From an uncultured Gammaproteobacteria bacterium (GTDB lineage: Bacteria; Patescibacteriota; Patescibacteriia; Magasanikbacterales; GWA2-37-8), in the NCBI GenBank assembly GCA_964482695.1, contig CAYZYP010000001.1, positions 132,143 through 196,142 on the forward strand: a stretch of 64,000 nt of DNA, in the 5' to 3' direction. The notes below the pieces were generated by a model. It worked only from the letters and a program-made list of their open reading frames with translations. It was not told the origin of the DNA and did no database searches. Made by a program: the position numbers and the translations under genes. Within the stretch, counting starts at the first letter, position 1, and every line of letters starts with the position of its first letter. Shown one piece after another: positions 38,060-46,833 of this stretch.

Positions 38060-38212
38060 TTGGCAAAAGAGAAATGCAAAGTCTGCCCGCATTGCGGGCA
38101 ACAGTTCAAAAAGAAGCATGGGAACAGGTGCCCAGTTTGCGGCCGATGTCGTTATGACAAAACCGGTTGCAAAAACGGAGTTTCGGCTTCAAGCTCAAAA
38201 AAGGAGAAGTAA
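38060..38212 (+). CDS. 50-aa Cys-rich zinc-ribbon peptide (TTG start)
   Basis: AGGAG 8 nt upstream of TTG; translation LAKEKCKVCPHCGQQFKKKHGNRCPVCGRCRYDKTGCKNG... (CxxCxxC-x11-CxxCxxC); stop immediately before a 12-bp hairpin terminator. Confidence 0.45.
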   Translation: MAKEKCKVCPHCGQQFKKKHGNRCPVCGRCRYDKTGCKNGVSASSSKKEK

Positions 38213-38217
38213 AAAAT

Positions 38218-38246
38218 CCACCCCGACACCAAACGTGTCGGGGTGG
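38218..38246. terminator. Hairpin terminator
   Basis: CCACCCCGACAC-caaac-GTGTCGGGGTGG; A6 tract upstream gives a U-tract on the minus strand. Confidence 0.6.
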
Positions 38247-38337
38247 TACGAACTTCCTTTATATGATATTTTGTAAAAACAAAGTAATTTTTTGGTTTTA
38301 AAAATGTTTAAAATATGGTATAATAATTTCGTTTTAG

Positions 38338-38400
38338 ACTCCTCCTTAATCCCCCCCCCTCTGTAAGGGGAGAAGAGTGTATTCCTAATGCTGTACTCTT
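38338..38400. repeat. GC-rich hairpin mini-element in 5'-UTR of membrane-protein gene
   Basis: CCCCT-ctgta-AGGGGAG plus AAGAGT...ACTCTT stem, downstream of extended -10 TGgTATAAT (38316-38324). Confidence 0.45.
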
Positions 38401-38417
38401 ATTAAGAGAAGAAAAAT

Positions 38418-39389
38418 ATGTATTTATTTATAGCCATACTCGGTTACATTTTTCTCGCTGTTGTCAACATTTTTGATAAATTTATCCTTACCAAAGCGAT
38501 CCCCAAGCCAATTGTGGTTGTTTTTTATTCCACGGCTTTGATATTTCCAATATTTTTATTAGTACCTTTTGGCGCCGGTTATCTGGGAAATTGGCTATCT
38601 TATGTAATTGCCGCTGTGGGGGGTGTATTTTTCGGCCTTGCTTTGTGGGCCATGTTTATTGGTTTTCAAAAAAGCGAAATAAGCCACGCCGGGCCGCTTG
38701 TTGGCGCCACAACGCCATTTTTTGTTTTATTTTTAAGCCAGCTATTTTTAAAAGAACAATTAACAAGTTATCAGATCGTTGGCATTATTATCTTAATAAT
38801 TGGCTCGTTGATTATCTCTGTTGAAAAAAGCAAAGATCATAATGGCTGGCATAGCGGCATGTTGTGGTTAATTCTCGCCGGTTTATTATATGCCGTTTCT
38901 CATGTTGCTTCTAAATATATTTATGACATTTATGGTTTTTATAGCGGCCTGGTTTGGACGCGTGGGTTTATGGGATTGTTTGGGATACTACTATTAGTTT
39001 GGCCAGAGGTGAGACGAGAAATATTTAAGATAAAAAATCCTCCCCTTACTAAGGGGAGGATAGGGAGGGGTCTGGCAGAAGAGACCTCCCCCTCCCCCCT
39101 CCTTGCTAAGGAGGGGACGACGAAAATCAGGCAATTCATCCTTGTTTTCTCTAGCCGTCTATTAGGCGTCATTGGTACGCTTTTAATTCAGTACGCTATT
39201 GCCATTGGCAGTGTAACAATTGTCAACGCGTTAGTTGGTGTTCAGTTTGCTTTTTTAATTATTATAGTAGCTTTGCTTTCAAAATTTTTGCCTAAACTAT
39301 TTAAAGAAGACTATAATAAAGGGGAAATGGCGTGGGAATTGGTGGCAGTAGTAGTTATCGCGGTTGGGCTGACAATGGTTATAACATAG
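38418..39389 (+). CDS. EamA/DMT-like membrane protein carrying an in-frame 28-aa hairpin-element insertion
   Basis: Ten hydrophobic helices; the low-complexity insert KNPPLTKGRIGRGLAEETSPSPLLAKEGTT is encoded by the 39038-39122 element. Confidence 0.65.
   Translation: MYLFIAILGYIFLAVVNIFDKFILTKAIPKPIVVVFYSTALIFPIFLLVPFGAGYLGNWLSYVIAAVGGVFFGLALWAMFIGFQKSEISHAGPLVGATTPFFVLFLSQLFLKEQLTSYQIVGIIILIIGSLIISVEKSKDHNGWHSGMLWLILAGLLYAVSHVASKYIYDIYGFYSGLVWTRGFMGLFGILLLVWPEVRREIFKIKNPPLTKGRIGRGLAEETSPSPLLAKEGTTKIRQFILVFSSRLLGVIGTLLIQYAIAIGSVTIVNALVGVQFAFLIIIVALLSKFLPKLFKEDYNKGEMAWELVAVVVIAVGLTMVIT
39038..39122. repeat. Composite GC-rich hairpin element (three CCCCT...AGGGG hairpins), in-frame in coding sequence
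   Basis: TCCCCTTActAAGGGGAGGATAG; GGGGTCT...AGACCTCCCC; CCCCTCCTTgcTAAGGAGGGG. Confidence 0.55.
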
Positions 39390-39469
39390 AAGCGTGTGAA
39401 AATATTTTTTATCACGGCCAATAGCAGTATATACTGCTATTGGCCAAATGGCGTAAAAAATAATAATTT

Positions 39470-40462
39470 ATGTCTAAAAAAATAATTTTTTTATTTATTA
39501 TTATAGCATTAATAGTGCTTTCATTTTTTATTTTTATGTCATTTCATACCAAGCCGAATAAAGAGATGATTTTTGGCACTAGTTTTAGCCCAGCATACGC
39601 GCGCTACTTAGGTCTTGACGCTGGCCAAGTTTATAAAACAATTCTAGATGATTGGCAATTTAAGTATCTTCGCTTGTCGGCGCAATGGGATACGATTGAA
39701 AAGAAAAAAGGCGAATATGATTTCAGTGATTTAGATTGGTATATGAACGAAGCGGCCAAACGCAAAGCCAAAGTAACTTTGGTTGTTGGCCGTAAAACTC
39801 CCCGTTGGCCAGAATGCCATTTGCCGGATTGGGCAAAAAAAGTAACATACCAAGAATATCGGCCAGCATTGCTTAATTTTATGAAGGTGGCGGTGGAAAG
39901 ATACAAAAACCATTCAGCTTTAGAAATTTGGCAGGTAGAAAACGAACCTTTTTTACCGTTTGGTTTATGCAAAATAATTAGCCAAGAAGATTTAAAAGAA
40001 GAAATTGATTTAGTAAAAAAATTAGACAGTACGCGTCAACTTATTGTTACCGACAGTGGCGAACTTAGCACTTGGCGCAAAACAGCCAAGGCCACGGATT
40101 TATTTGGCACTACCATGTACCGCGTTGTTTGGAACAAATACATTGGTTATTTTAGCTATAATTGGTTGCCAGCATTTTTTTATCGCGCTAAGCTACTGAT
40201 ACTTGGCCGTAGCGTTGAAACAGCTTATATTGTAGAATTGCAAGCAGAGCCATGGATGCCTAATCGCGAATTAACCGCATTACCGTTGACAGAACAATTT
40301 AAATCAATGGATATAATCCATTTAAAAAATAATGTTATTTATGCCCAGCGTACAGGTATGCCGCGCGCTTATCTATGGGGCGCGGAATGGTGGTATTGGA
40401 TAAAAGAAAAGCAGAACAGAAGCGAATTTGTTGATTATATTAAAACATTGAAGAAAGATTGA
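39470..40462 (+). CDS. Secreted/anchored glycoside hydrolase (clan GH-A-like)
   Basis: N-terminal signal anchor; WQVENEPF (NEP acid/base motif); not assigned to a family. Confidence 0.5.
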   Translation: MSKKIIFLFIIIALIVLSFFIFMSFHTKPNKEMIFGTSFSPAYARYLGLDAGQVYKTILDDWQFKYLRLSAQWDTIEKKKGEYDFSDLDWYMNEAAKRKAKVTLVVGRKTPRWPECHLPDWAKKVTYQEYRPALLNFMKVAVERYKNHSALEIWQVENEPFLPFGLCKIISQEDLKEEIDLVKKLDSTRQLIVTDSGELSTWRKTAKATDLFGTTMYRVVWNKYIGYFSYNWLPAFFYRAKLLILGRSVETAYIVELQAEPWMPNRELTALPLTEQFKSMDIIHLKNNVIYAQRTGMPRAYLWGAEWWYWIKEKQNRSEFVDYIKTLKKD

Positions 40463-40495
40463 CGACACATATCAAGAAATTTAATAAAAAAGAGT

Positions 40496-41134
40496 TTGTT
40501 ATTAAAAAATAATTTATATAAAATTATGAATATAGATTTTACTAATGTTTTTAAACATTACGCTCCTAGAACGCATGAAAAAATGCAGGAAGTATTAATG
40601 GATCCCCAAGGCAAAGGCCCAGCGATTCATTATTATATGGTTCGCGGCGGAGCAGATCAAAGAAATATCACTATTTGGGAACCAGGCTTGGTAAGTGGCG
40701 AATATATTAAAACATACGGGCATTACCATGTTGGTGAGTTAAACGAAACTTATTGGTTTATTTTTGGTCAAGGCATAGCTTTGATGCAAAAATTAGCAGT
40801 TGATAGGGCAGGAAAAATGATTGCCGGAGAGGTAGAAGAATTTAAAGCTATTCCTGTTATTCAAGGAGAGAAATTATTTATTCCTTCTAATTATGGTCAT
40901 TTAGTGGTAAACACAGGAAAAACTTATTTTGTAACCGCGGATGATAGCCCAGTTGATTTTAACGAAAAAGATGAAGCGAGTTTGCCAGGCCATGCTGACT
41001 ATGAACTAGTAAAGAAGATGCGAGGGTTTGCTTATTACGTTGTGGAATACAATGGGAAACCCGCTTTAAAGAGAAATTTTCGATATAAGAATATTAAGAA
41101 AGAAGAACTTAATAATTTACCCGTAATAGAGTAG
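40496..41134 (+). CDS. Cupin-type glucose-6-phosphate isomerase-like protein (archaeal-type PGI), putative
   Basis: TYGHYHVGELNETYWFIFGQG metal-binding cupin motif as in cupin PGIs. Confidence 0.45.
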   Translation: MLLKNNLYKIMNIDFTNVFKHYAPRTHEKMQEVLMDPQGKGPAIHYYMVRGGADQRNITIWEPGLVSGEYIKTYGHYHVGELNETYWFIFGQGIALMQKLAVDRAGKMIAGEVEEFKAIPVIQGEKLFIPSNYGHLVVNTGKTYFVTADDSPVDFNEKDEASLPGHADYELVKKMRGFAYYVVEYNGKPALKRNFRYKNIKKEELNNLPVIE

Positions 41135-41167
41135 TAAATTGGAACATATTAAATAATCAATAAAGTT

Positions 41168-41605
41168 ATGAGTAAGCCAGCAGAATTTGACAAAAGTAAA
41201 TTTATTAACTCACCATTTGTATTAAAGATAATAAAACCATGGGGGCATGAGTTAATTTTTACTCAGGAAAGTTTGCCTTATACTGGAAAAATTTTGCATA
41301 TTAAAGCTGGCAAACGTTTAAGTTTACAAATTCATGACGCAAAACAGGAAAGCTGTTTTTTGATAAGTGGGCGTTGTGATTTAATAGTTGAGAATACAAA
41401 AGGGGTTTTGGAAACTGTAGAATTAAAATCAGAGAGTGGCTATACTATAAAAATAGGCCAAAAACATAGATACCAGGCTATAACAGATTGCGATATATTT
41501 GAAGTTTCTACTCCTGAAGTAGGAATAACGTATAGAATTGAAGATGATTATAATCGCCCGGACGAAACACCAGAACTTAGAGATTGTGCGCGCCAAGGGA
41601 TTTGA
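41168..41605 (+). CDS. Cupin-domain protein
   Basis: GKRLSLQIHDAKQESCFLISG (G-x5-HxH-x3-E-x6-G); 3' end overlaps tRNA-Val by about 18 nt. Confidence 0.5.
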   Translation: MSKPAEFDKSKFINSPFVLKIIKPWGHELIFTQESLPYTGKILHIKAGKRLSLQIHDAKQESCFLISGRCDLIVENTKGVLETVELKSESGYTIKIGQKHRYQAITDCDIFEVSTPEVGITYRIEDDYNRPDETPELRDCARQGI

Positions 41606-41660
41606 ACCCCTGGCCTTCTCGGTGTAAACGAGACGCTCTAACCAGCTGAGCTAGGCGCGC
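41587..41660 (-). tRNA. tRNA-Val (anticodon TAC)
   Basis: Cloverleaf GCGCGCC-TA-GCTCAGCTGGTTAGAGC-G-TCTCG-TTTACAC-CGAGA-AGGCC-AGGGG-TTCAAAT-CCCTT-GGCGCGC-A; no encoded CCA. Confidence 0.85.
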
Positions 41661-41712
41661 GAGTGATTAATATAATAAAGAAAAAAGAAAAAAAAGTCAA
41701 TATTAGAATTGT

Positions 41713-42903
41713 ATGTTTTTTAAAAATGATCATTTAAAAGAACGTTTTCCTTTGGTTCAGTACCAAGGTATTTTTCGTCGGCAGATCAATGTTTTAGAGG
41801 GGGTAGCTTTAATAGTTAGCTCCACAATAGGCGCTGGTGTTTTGAGTTTGCCCTATGCTATAGCAAGAGTGGGCGTTGTAGTTGGTTTGGCTTATATAAT
41901 TGGTATAGGAATGTTAATGATGGGCTTAAATTTGTTGGTAGGCGAGATAGCTGTGCGAACACAGGGAAATATGCAATTTGTAGGTTTAGCTAGAAAATAT
42001 TTAGGCCCTTTTGGCCAATGGCTAATGACAGTTATTGTTTATGTCGTAGTTGTTGGCGTGATGGTTATATATATGATTGGCGAGGGCAGAGTATTGGCGC
42101 AATTTTTTGGTGGTTCGGAATTTATTTGGTCTATTGTTTTTTTCTGTTTTGGCAGTATTTTTATCTATTTGGGTTTAAAAACAGTAAAATTGCTGGATTT
42201 TATTTTAAGTTTGTTAGTTTTGGCTGTTATTTTACTTATTACCAGCTTTATTTTACCACATGCGCAGATTGTCAATTATCAATATAATAATTTAGCTAGT
42301 TTATTTCTTCCTTATGGCATTGTTTTATTTGCTTATAGTGGGATGTCTTCGGTATTAGAAGCTCATAGTTTATTAGCTAATCACAAACAAACATTTAAAA
42401 AAGTTATTATTATTTCTGGCATAATAGTAATGTTGGCTTACGGCTTGTTTACCTTTGCTGTTTTAGGAGCTACCGGGCAAAATACTACTGAAATTGCTAC
42501 CATTGGTTTGGGTAAAGAAATTGGGCCAATTATGACTGTTTTGGGTAATATTTTTTCTTTGTTAGTGTTAGCCACTGGTTTTTTAATGGTTGGTTTGTCT
42601 ACCAAAGATTCTTTGTGTTGGGATTATAAATTATCTTCTGGCACGGCTACGGCGCTGGTTTGTGGATTGCCCTTGTTGGTTTTTTTGTTAGGGTTGAGAC
42701 AGTTTGTAATGGTGATAGATATAATTGGTGGTGTGTTTTTAAGCTTAGAGATGATTATTATTTTGCTTATTTATTGGCGTGCTAAAGAAAAAGGTGATTT
42801 AAAGCCAGGTAGGTACAGATTGCATCATACGGTGATTTTGATGATGTTATTAGCGCTTGCCTTATCTATAGGGGCGGTGTATAGTATAGTAAAATTATTT
42901 TAA
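41713..42903 (+). CDS. Amino-acid permease (APC/aromatic amino acid transporter-like)
   Basis: 11-12 TM helices; N-terminal VSSTIGAGVLSLPYA motif. Confidence 0.65.
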   Translation: MFFKNDHLKERFPLVQYQGIFRRQINVLEGVALIVSSTIGAGVLSLPYAIARVGVVVGLAYIIGIGMLMMGLNLLVGEIAVRTQGNMQFVGLARKYLGPFGQWLMTVIVYVVVVGVMVIYMIGEGRVLAQFFGGSEFIWSIVFFCFGSIFIYLGLKTVKLLDFILSLLVLAVILLITSFILPHAQIVNYQYNNLASLFLPYGIVLFAYSGMSSVLEAHSLLANHKQTFKKVIIISGIIVMLAYGLFTFAVLGATGQNTTEIATIGLGKEIGPIMTVLGNIFSLLVLATGFLMVGLSTKDSLCWDYKLSSGTATALVCGLPLLVFLLGLRQFVMVIDIIGGVFLSLEMIIILLIYWRAKEKGDLKPGRYRLHHTVILMMLLALALSIGAVYSIVKLF

Positions 42904-43064
42904 GAAAATGGTGTTTGTTGTTGGCTGGTCGTATCGTTTGAAAATGGTCGATCAAGCGATTACTTGTCAAAAACTTCCTTCTATCTTCTTTAATGTTCTT
43001 TTAACCCTGAATTAATCCATTTTTAGAAAAATTAAGTAAAATTTTTAATAAATATATTATTAAT

Positions 43065-44207
43065 ATGGACAAATATCTTTTTACTTCGGAATCTGTTACC
43101 GAAGGGCATCCAGATAAAATTTGTGATCAAATTTCTGATTCAGTATTAGACGCGTTATTAGAACAAGATAAAAATTCACACGTGGCAGTGGAGTGTTTTA
43201 CTACCACTGGCTTGGTAATAGTCGGCGGTGAAGTAACTACCAACGGCTATGTTGACGTGCAGAAAATAGTTCGTCAGGTGTTAGATGATATTGGTTATAC
43301 AGATCCAGCGTATGGCATAGACGCTGAGCATGCTGGTGTGTTAGTTTCTATTCACGAACAATCATTGGATATCGCGCAAGGTGTGAGTAAGCTTTCTATT
43401 GAACAGCAAGGAGCTGGCGATCAAGGTTTGATGTTTGGCTATGCCTGCGACGAAACACCAGAACTTATGCCTTTGCCAATACTGTTAGCTCACAAATTGG
43501 CGCAAAGATTAGCGGAAGTACGCAAGAAAAAAATCTTGCCGTATCTGCGCCCTGATGGCAAATCACAGGTAGCGGTAGAATATGTTAATAATAAACCAAC
43601 GCGTTTACATAATGTAGTAATTGCCGCTCAACACGACGATAATACAACTTTGGAACAATTACGCGCTGATATTTTGGAACAAGTGATTAAACCGGTTTGT
43701 GGAAAATATCTAGATGAAAAAACAGAGTATCATATTAATATGACCGGTCGGTTTGTGGTTGGCGGCCCGCAGGGTGATACAGGTTTAACAGGCAGGAAAA
43801 TTATTGTTGATACTTATGGCGGTATGGGCCGGCATGGTGGTGGCTGTTTTTCTGGCAAAGATCCTTCTAAAGTAGACCGTTCTGGCGCTTATATGGCTCG
43901 TTATGTAGCCAAAAATATTGTCGCTGCAGGCCTAGCCGAAAAATGTGAATTGCAATTAGCTTATGTAATAGGCCGAGCCGAGCCAACCAGTATTAATATA
44001 AATACTTTTGGCACTGGCAAAGTTAGTGACGAAAAATTAGTAGAAATTATAAGCCAAGTTTTTGATTTTAGACCTGGCAAGATAATTGAACATTTGGATT
44101 TACTTAAACCTGTTTATCGCGCCACAGCCGCTTATGGCCATTTTGGCCGACCGGAATTTAGTTGGGAGAAGACGGATAAAGCAGAAGAGTTGAAAAAGTT
44201 GGTATAA
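43065..44207 (+). CDS. metK: S-adenosylmethionine synthetase
   Basis: [19 protein letters not shown] and [16 protein letters not shown] signatures. Confidence 0.95.
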   Translation: MDKYLFTSESVTEGHPDKICDQISDSVLDALLEQDKNSHVAVECFTTTGLVIVGGEVTTNGYVDVQKIVRQVLDDIGYTDPAYGIDAEHAGVLVSIHEQSLDIAQGVSKLSIEQQGAGDQGLMFGYACDETPELMPLPILLAHKLAQRLAEVRKKKILPYLRPDGKSQVAVEYVNNKPTRLHNVVIAAQHDDNTTLEQLRADILEQVIKPVCGKYLDEKTEYHINMTGRFVVGGPQGDTGLTGRKIIVDTYGGMGRHGGGCFSGKDPSKVDRSGAYMARYVAKNIVAAGLAEKCELQLAYVIGRAEPTSININTFGTGKVSDEKLVEIISQVFDFRPGKIIEHLDLLKPVYRATAAYGHFGRPEFSWEKTDKAEELKKLV

Positions 44208-44224
44208 AAGTAGTTTAAAAAAAT

Positions 44225-45964
44225 TTACAAACTAATTAAATATCCTTTCTCGCTTCCCTTGTCATTTTTTTGCAGAATATTATTCACGCCGCTTTGTTTA
44301 AAATTAAATTTTTTACTAGTAAATTCATCGGTGGCAGAAAAGTAGAGTTCGTTTGTTAATTGTAGTTTTTGGCCAACTTGGCTAGCTGTTGGTGTTACAG
44401 CCACTTCAAAATAAATACCAGTATGGCTGTTGGCCGGTAAATTATAGTAATTCCAAGTAATAGAACGATCGTTAGAGTTGTATTTAATTGGTTGGCCAAT
44501 AGTTACACTATCTTTGCCTGTCAGTTCTATCCCATTTGGCAGACTGGTTTTAAAAAAAGCGTCTTTTAAAGGATTAGAGGTATTGTTGATTTGAGCAAAG
44601 ACCCAATATTTAGTAGTTTGGCCAACAACAGGCGGTAATGGCCCGCGCCCCAATTGATCACCAGAGCTGGTGTAATATCTGGCTTCGTTGTAAAAATTAA
44701 TTTGTGTAACCAAAGGCAGTCGATCTTTACTACCTTCTTGGCTAAATTTTTGGCTATTAACAGAGTTTAACGATGCTTCTATAACAGGGGTTAATTCTAG
44801 ATAAACTTTTTCATTCTGCCCCAAATTAAAATTATTATTAAGATATAAATTAATTTTGAATTGATCACCGCTGTTTGGTTTGCCGTCGCTTAATTTTGTG
44901 CGGCTAGAACTGTCTATTACCAAAGTATTTTGTTCTACCTTGGCATTGTTATTTAAAGCAGTTAAATACCAATTAACAGCTTGTGGGTAATTGGCTTTTA
45001 ATTTTAGTCGTAGGTTATTTACTTGAAAATTACTTTTATTCTGCCAGCTTAATTCAACAGGTATTATTTGCCCGCCATCGGCAAAAGAAGTACCTACTGG
45101 GAAACTAGCGCTAGAAATAATATTCGGCGAGATAATTGTTATTTCTTGTTCGCTTGGTTGTTGGGTTATAACTTGATTGTTAATCAAAATTCGCGGCGTG
45201 ACGAGAATTTTTAGCTTGCCGGATTGTTGAGTAGGAATAAATTCACCATTAATAGTTTTTGTTGCTTTAGGCTGCAAAGAAAACTTTTTTAAGTTATTAG
45301 GTATTATTTTGTTTGACAAGTTATCTGTAAGATTTATTTCTTTTATCTCGTTGGTAGAGTTGTTGGTTAAACTATAAACAAATTTTAAAGTTTGGTTAGG
45401 AAAGGTAGACGAAGAAATAGCAAGTTTGCCTTGTAAAACACTTTCGGAAAATTTGGCAAGAAGATGACTCAATTTTTGTTCTCGGAGATTTGTTTCTTCT
45501 GGTTGGTAAGTAAGATTGGCAGTAATTTTTTCTTCTTTGTTTGCTTCTGCCCAAAACCAACCATAAATTTCTTTTTGCCCTTTGGCCCCTGGTAAAATTT
45601 CTATTGGTTGCGTAAAAATAGATTCGGATGTAAAAATAGATTCAGGAGTGCGTGTTTTATCTATTATAAACCCGGCAGGCAAATGAGCAGAGAGAATAAC
45701 TTTTGCTAATTTAATTTTACTGTTATTGGTATAATTAATGGTTAATTTTATTTCTTCACCGCTTTTTATTCTATCGGTACCCAAAGAAATGTTTAGGTCT
45801 ATTAATTCTGTTATACCCGGCTTCCAGAAAAAGAAAAATAAACTAGCGCTAAACATAACAGTGGCTAAGCCTAAAAGCGCTAAATCAAAAACAAATAATT
45901 TTTTAGCATGGCGATAAACACCATGATAGCGAAGATGAAAATGACGATGAAGAAGGTTGTACAT
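44225..45964 (-). CDS. Large membrane-anchored extracellular beta-rich protein
   Basis: N-terminal TM helix then repetitive N/T/S-rich beta-strand segments. Confidence 0.45.
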   Translation of the reverse strand: MYNLLHRHFHLRYHGVYRHAKKLFVFDLALLGLATVMFSASLFFFFWKPGITELIDLNISLGTDRIKSGEEIKLTINYTNNSKIKLAKVILSAHLPAGFIIDKTRTPESIFTSESIFTQPIEILPGAKGQKEIYGWFWAEANKEEKITANLTYQPEETNLREQKLSHLLAKFSESVLQGKLAISSSTFPNQTLKFVYSLTNNSTNEIKEINLTDNLSNKIIPNNLKKFSLQPKATKTINGEFIPTQQSGKLKILVTPRILINNQVITQQPSEQEITIISPNIISSASFPVGTSFADGGQIIPVELSWQNKSNFQVNNLRLKLKANYPQAVNWYLTALNNNAKVEQNTLVIDSSSRTKLSDGKPNSGDQFKINLYLNNNFNLGQNEKVYLELTPVIEASLNSVNSQKFSQEGSKDRLPLVTQINFYNEARYYTSSGDQLGRGPLPPVVGQTTKYWVFAQINNTSNPLKDAFFKTSLPNGIELTGKDSVTIGQPIKYNSNDRSITWNYYNLPANSHTGIYFEVAVTPTASQVGQKLQLTNELYFSATDEFTSKKFNFKQSGVNNILQKNDKGSEKGYLISL

Positions 45965-46029
45965 AAAAGAAAACGCTTGCTAGTATTATAGCAAGCGGGG
46001 GAGAGAAGTGCAAATTAAAAACTCTATAT

Positions 46030-46395
46030 TTAGGTTTTTGAATTTTTAATAGTTTTTGGATGTGGGGAATAAAGCGGATTTTTTATTTTCCATTTTTCTA
46101 CAAATTGACCGATACCTTTTTTAGCTAATTTATTTTTTATAGTAGTTCTTTTTTGCGACCATTTAACCAAACTTTCAAAATTAATTTTATATCTATCAGC
46201 AACAATAATATATGTTATTTCTTGATTAGCCAGAGCGCGTCTAATAGTCTGCGAAGTAACACCAAACAGCCTAGCCGCTTCTGATACAGATACTCTAATC
46301 ATTTCTTTTGCTTCTGGCGTGTCTTTTTGATTTGAGTTAGTAGTTTGTTGGATAATTAGTGGTTGATCCATATTTGTATAGGATAGTCTAGACAA
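46030..46395 (-). CDS. Excisionase/MerR-like HTH DNA-binding protein
   Basis: VSVSEAARLFGVTSQTIRRAL helix-turn-helix. Confidence 0.55.
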   Translation of the reverse strand: MSRLSYTNMDQPLIIQQTTNSNQKDTPEAKEMIRVSVSEAARLFGVTSQTIRRALANQEITYIIVADRYKINFESLVKWSQKRTTIKNKLAKKGIGQFVEKWKIKNPLYSPHPKTIKNSKT

Positions 46396-46461
46396 ATACT
46401 AACATATAATGTGGATAAAGTCAATACCGCTTAGTTATATTACATGATAAACTTTAAAAAC

Positions 46462-46581
46462 TTTTAACTTTATAACTATTTTGTATAGGCTTGTGTATAC
46501 AAATTTTATAAAAATAAGCTAAAATTAGGTAATTAAATTAGATATAAAATTGTATAGGCTTGTGTATACAAATTTTATAAA
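46462..46581. promoter_or_regulatory. Two 32-nt perfect direct repeats (69-bp period), each containing an inverted repeat
   Basis: TTGTATAGGCTTGTGTATACAAATTTTATAAA at 46481-46512 and 46550-46581; internal TTGTATA...TATACAA palindrome; lies in the divergent region between the HTH gene and the ECF sigma gene. Confidence 0.55.
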
Positions 46582-46612
46582 TTTTAAATTTAAATTCTAA
46601 ATTGACACGGAG

Positions 46613-46686
46613 TGTCATCCCCGCGTAAGCGGGGATTCAGTTAGTAAAATAGTATGGGCTGGATTCCCGCTTACGCGGGAATGATA
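46613..46686. repeat. Degenerate member of the TGTCATCC inverted-repeat family (paired hairpins)
   Basis: GTCATCCCCGCGTAAGCGGGGATTC ... GATTCCCGCTTACGCGGGAATGATA. Confidence 0.45.
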
Positions 46687-46717
46687 TATTAACATTTAGT
46701 ATTTTTTCATTAAAACG

Positions 46718-46746
46718 TTGACTTCCCACTACTATTTTGCTATAAT
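46718..46746 (+). promoter_or_regulatory. Consensus sigma70-type promoter of ECF sigma operon
   Basis: TTGACT-17 nt-TATAAT. Confidence 0.6.
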
Positions 46747-46833
46747 CCGTGCTATTATCATGAATAACACCGTTGATGTTAAGTGAGGGGTGTAACATTT
46801 TGGTGTTTTTTTCGTCTACATTAATATAACGAC

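Noticed and set aside
38037-38276. Called 79-aa ORF
   Set aside because: It reads straight through a 12-bp GC hairpin terminator and has no SD. The overlapping zinc-ribbon frame (38060-38212) is the better candidate.
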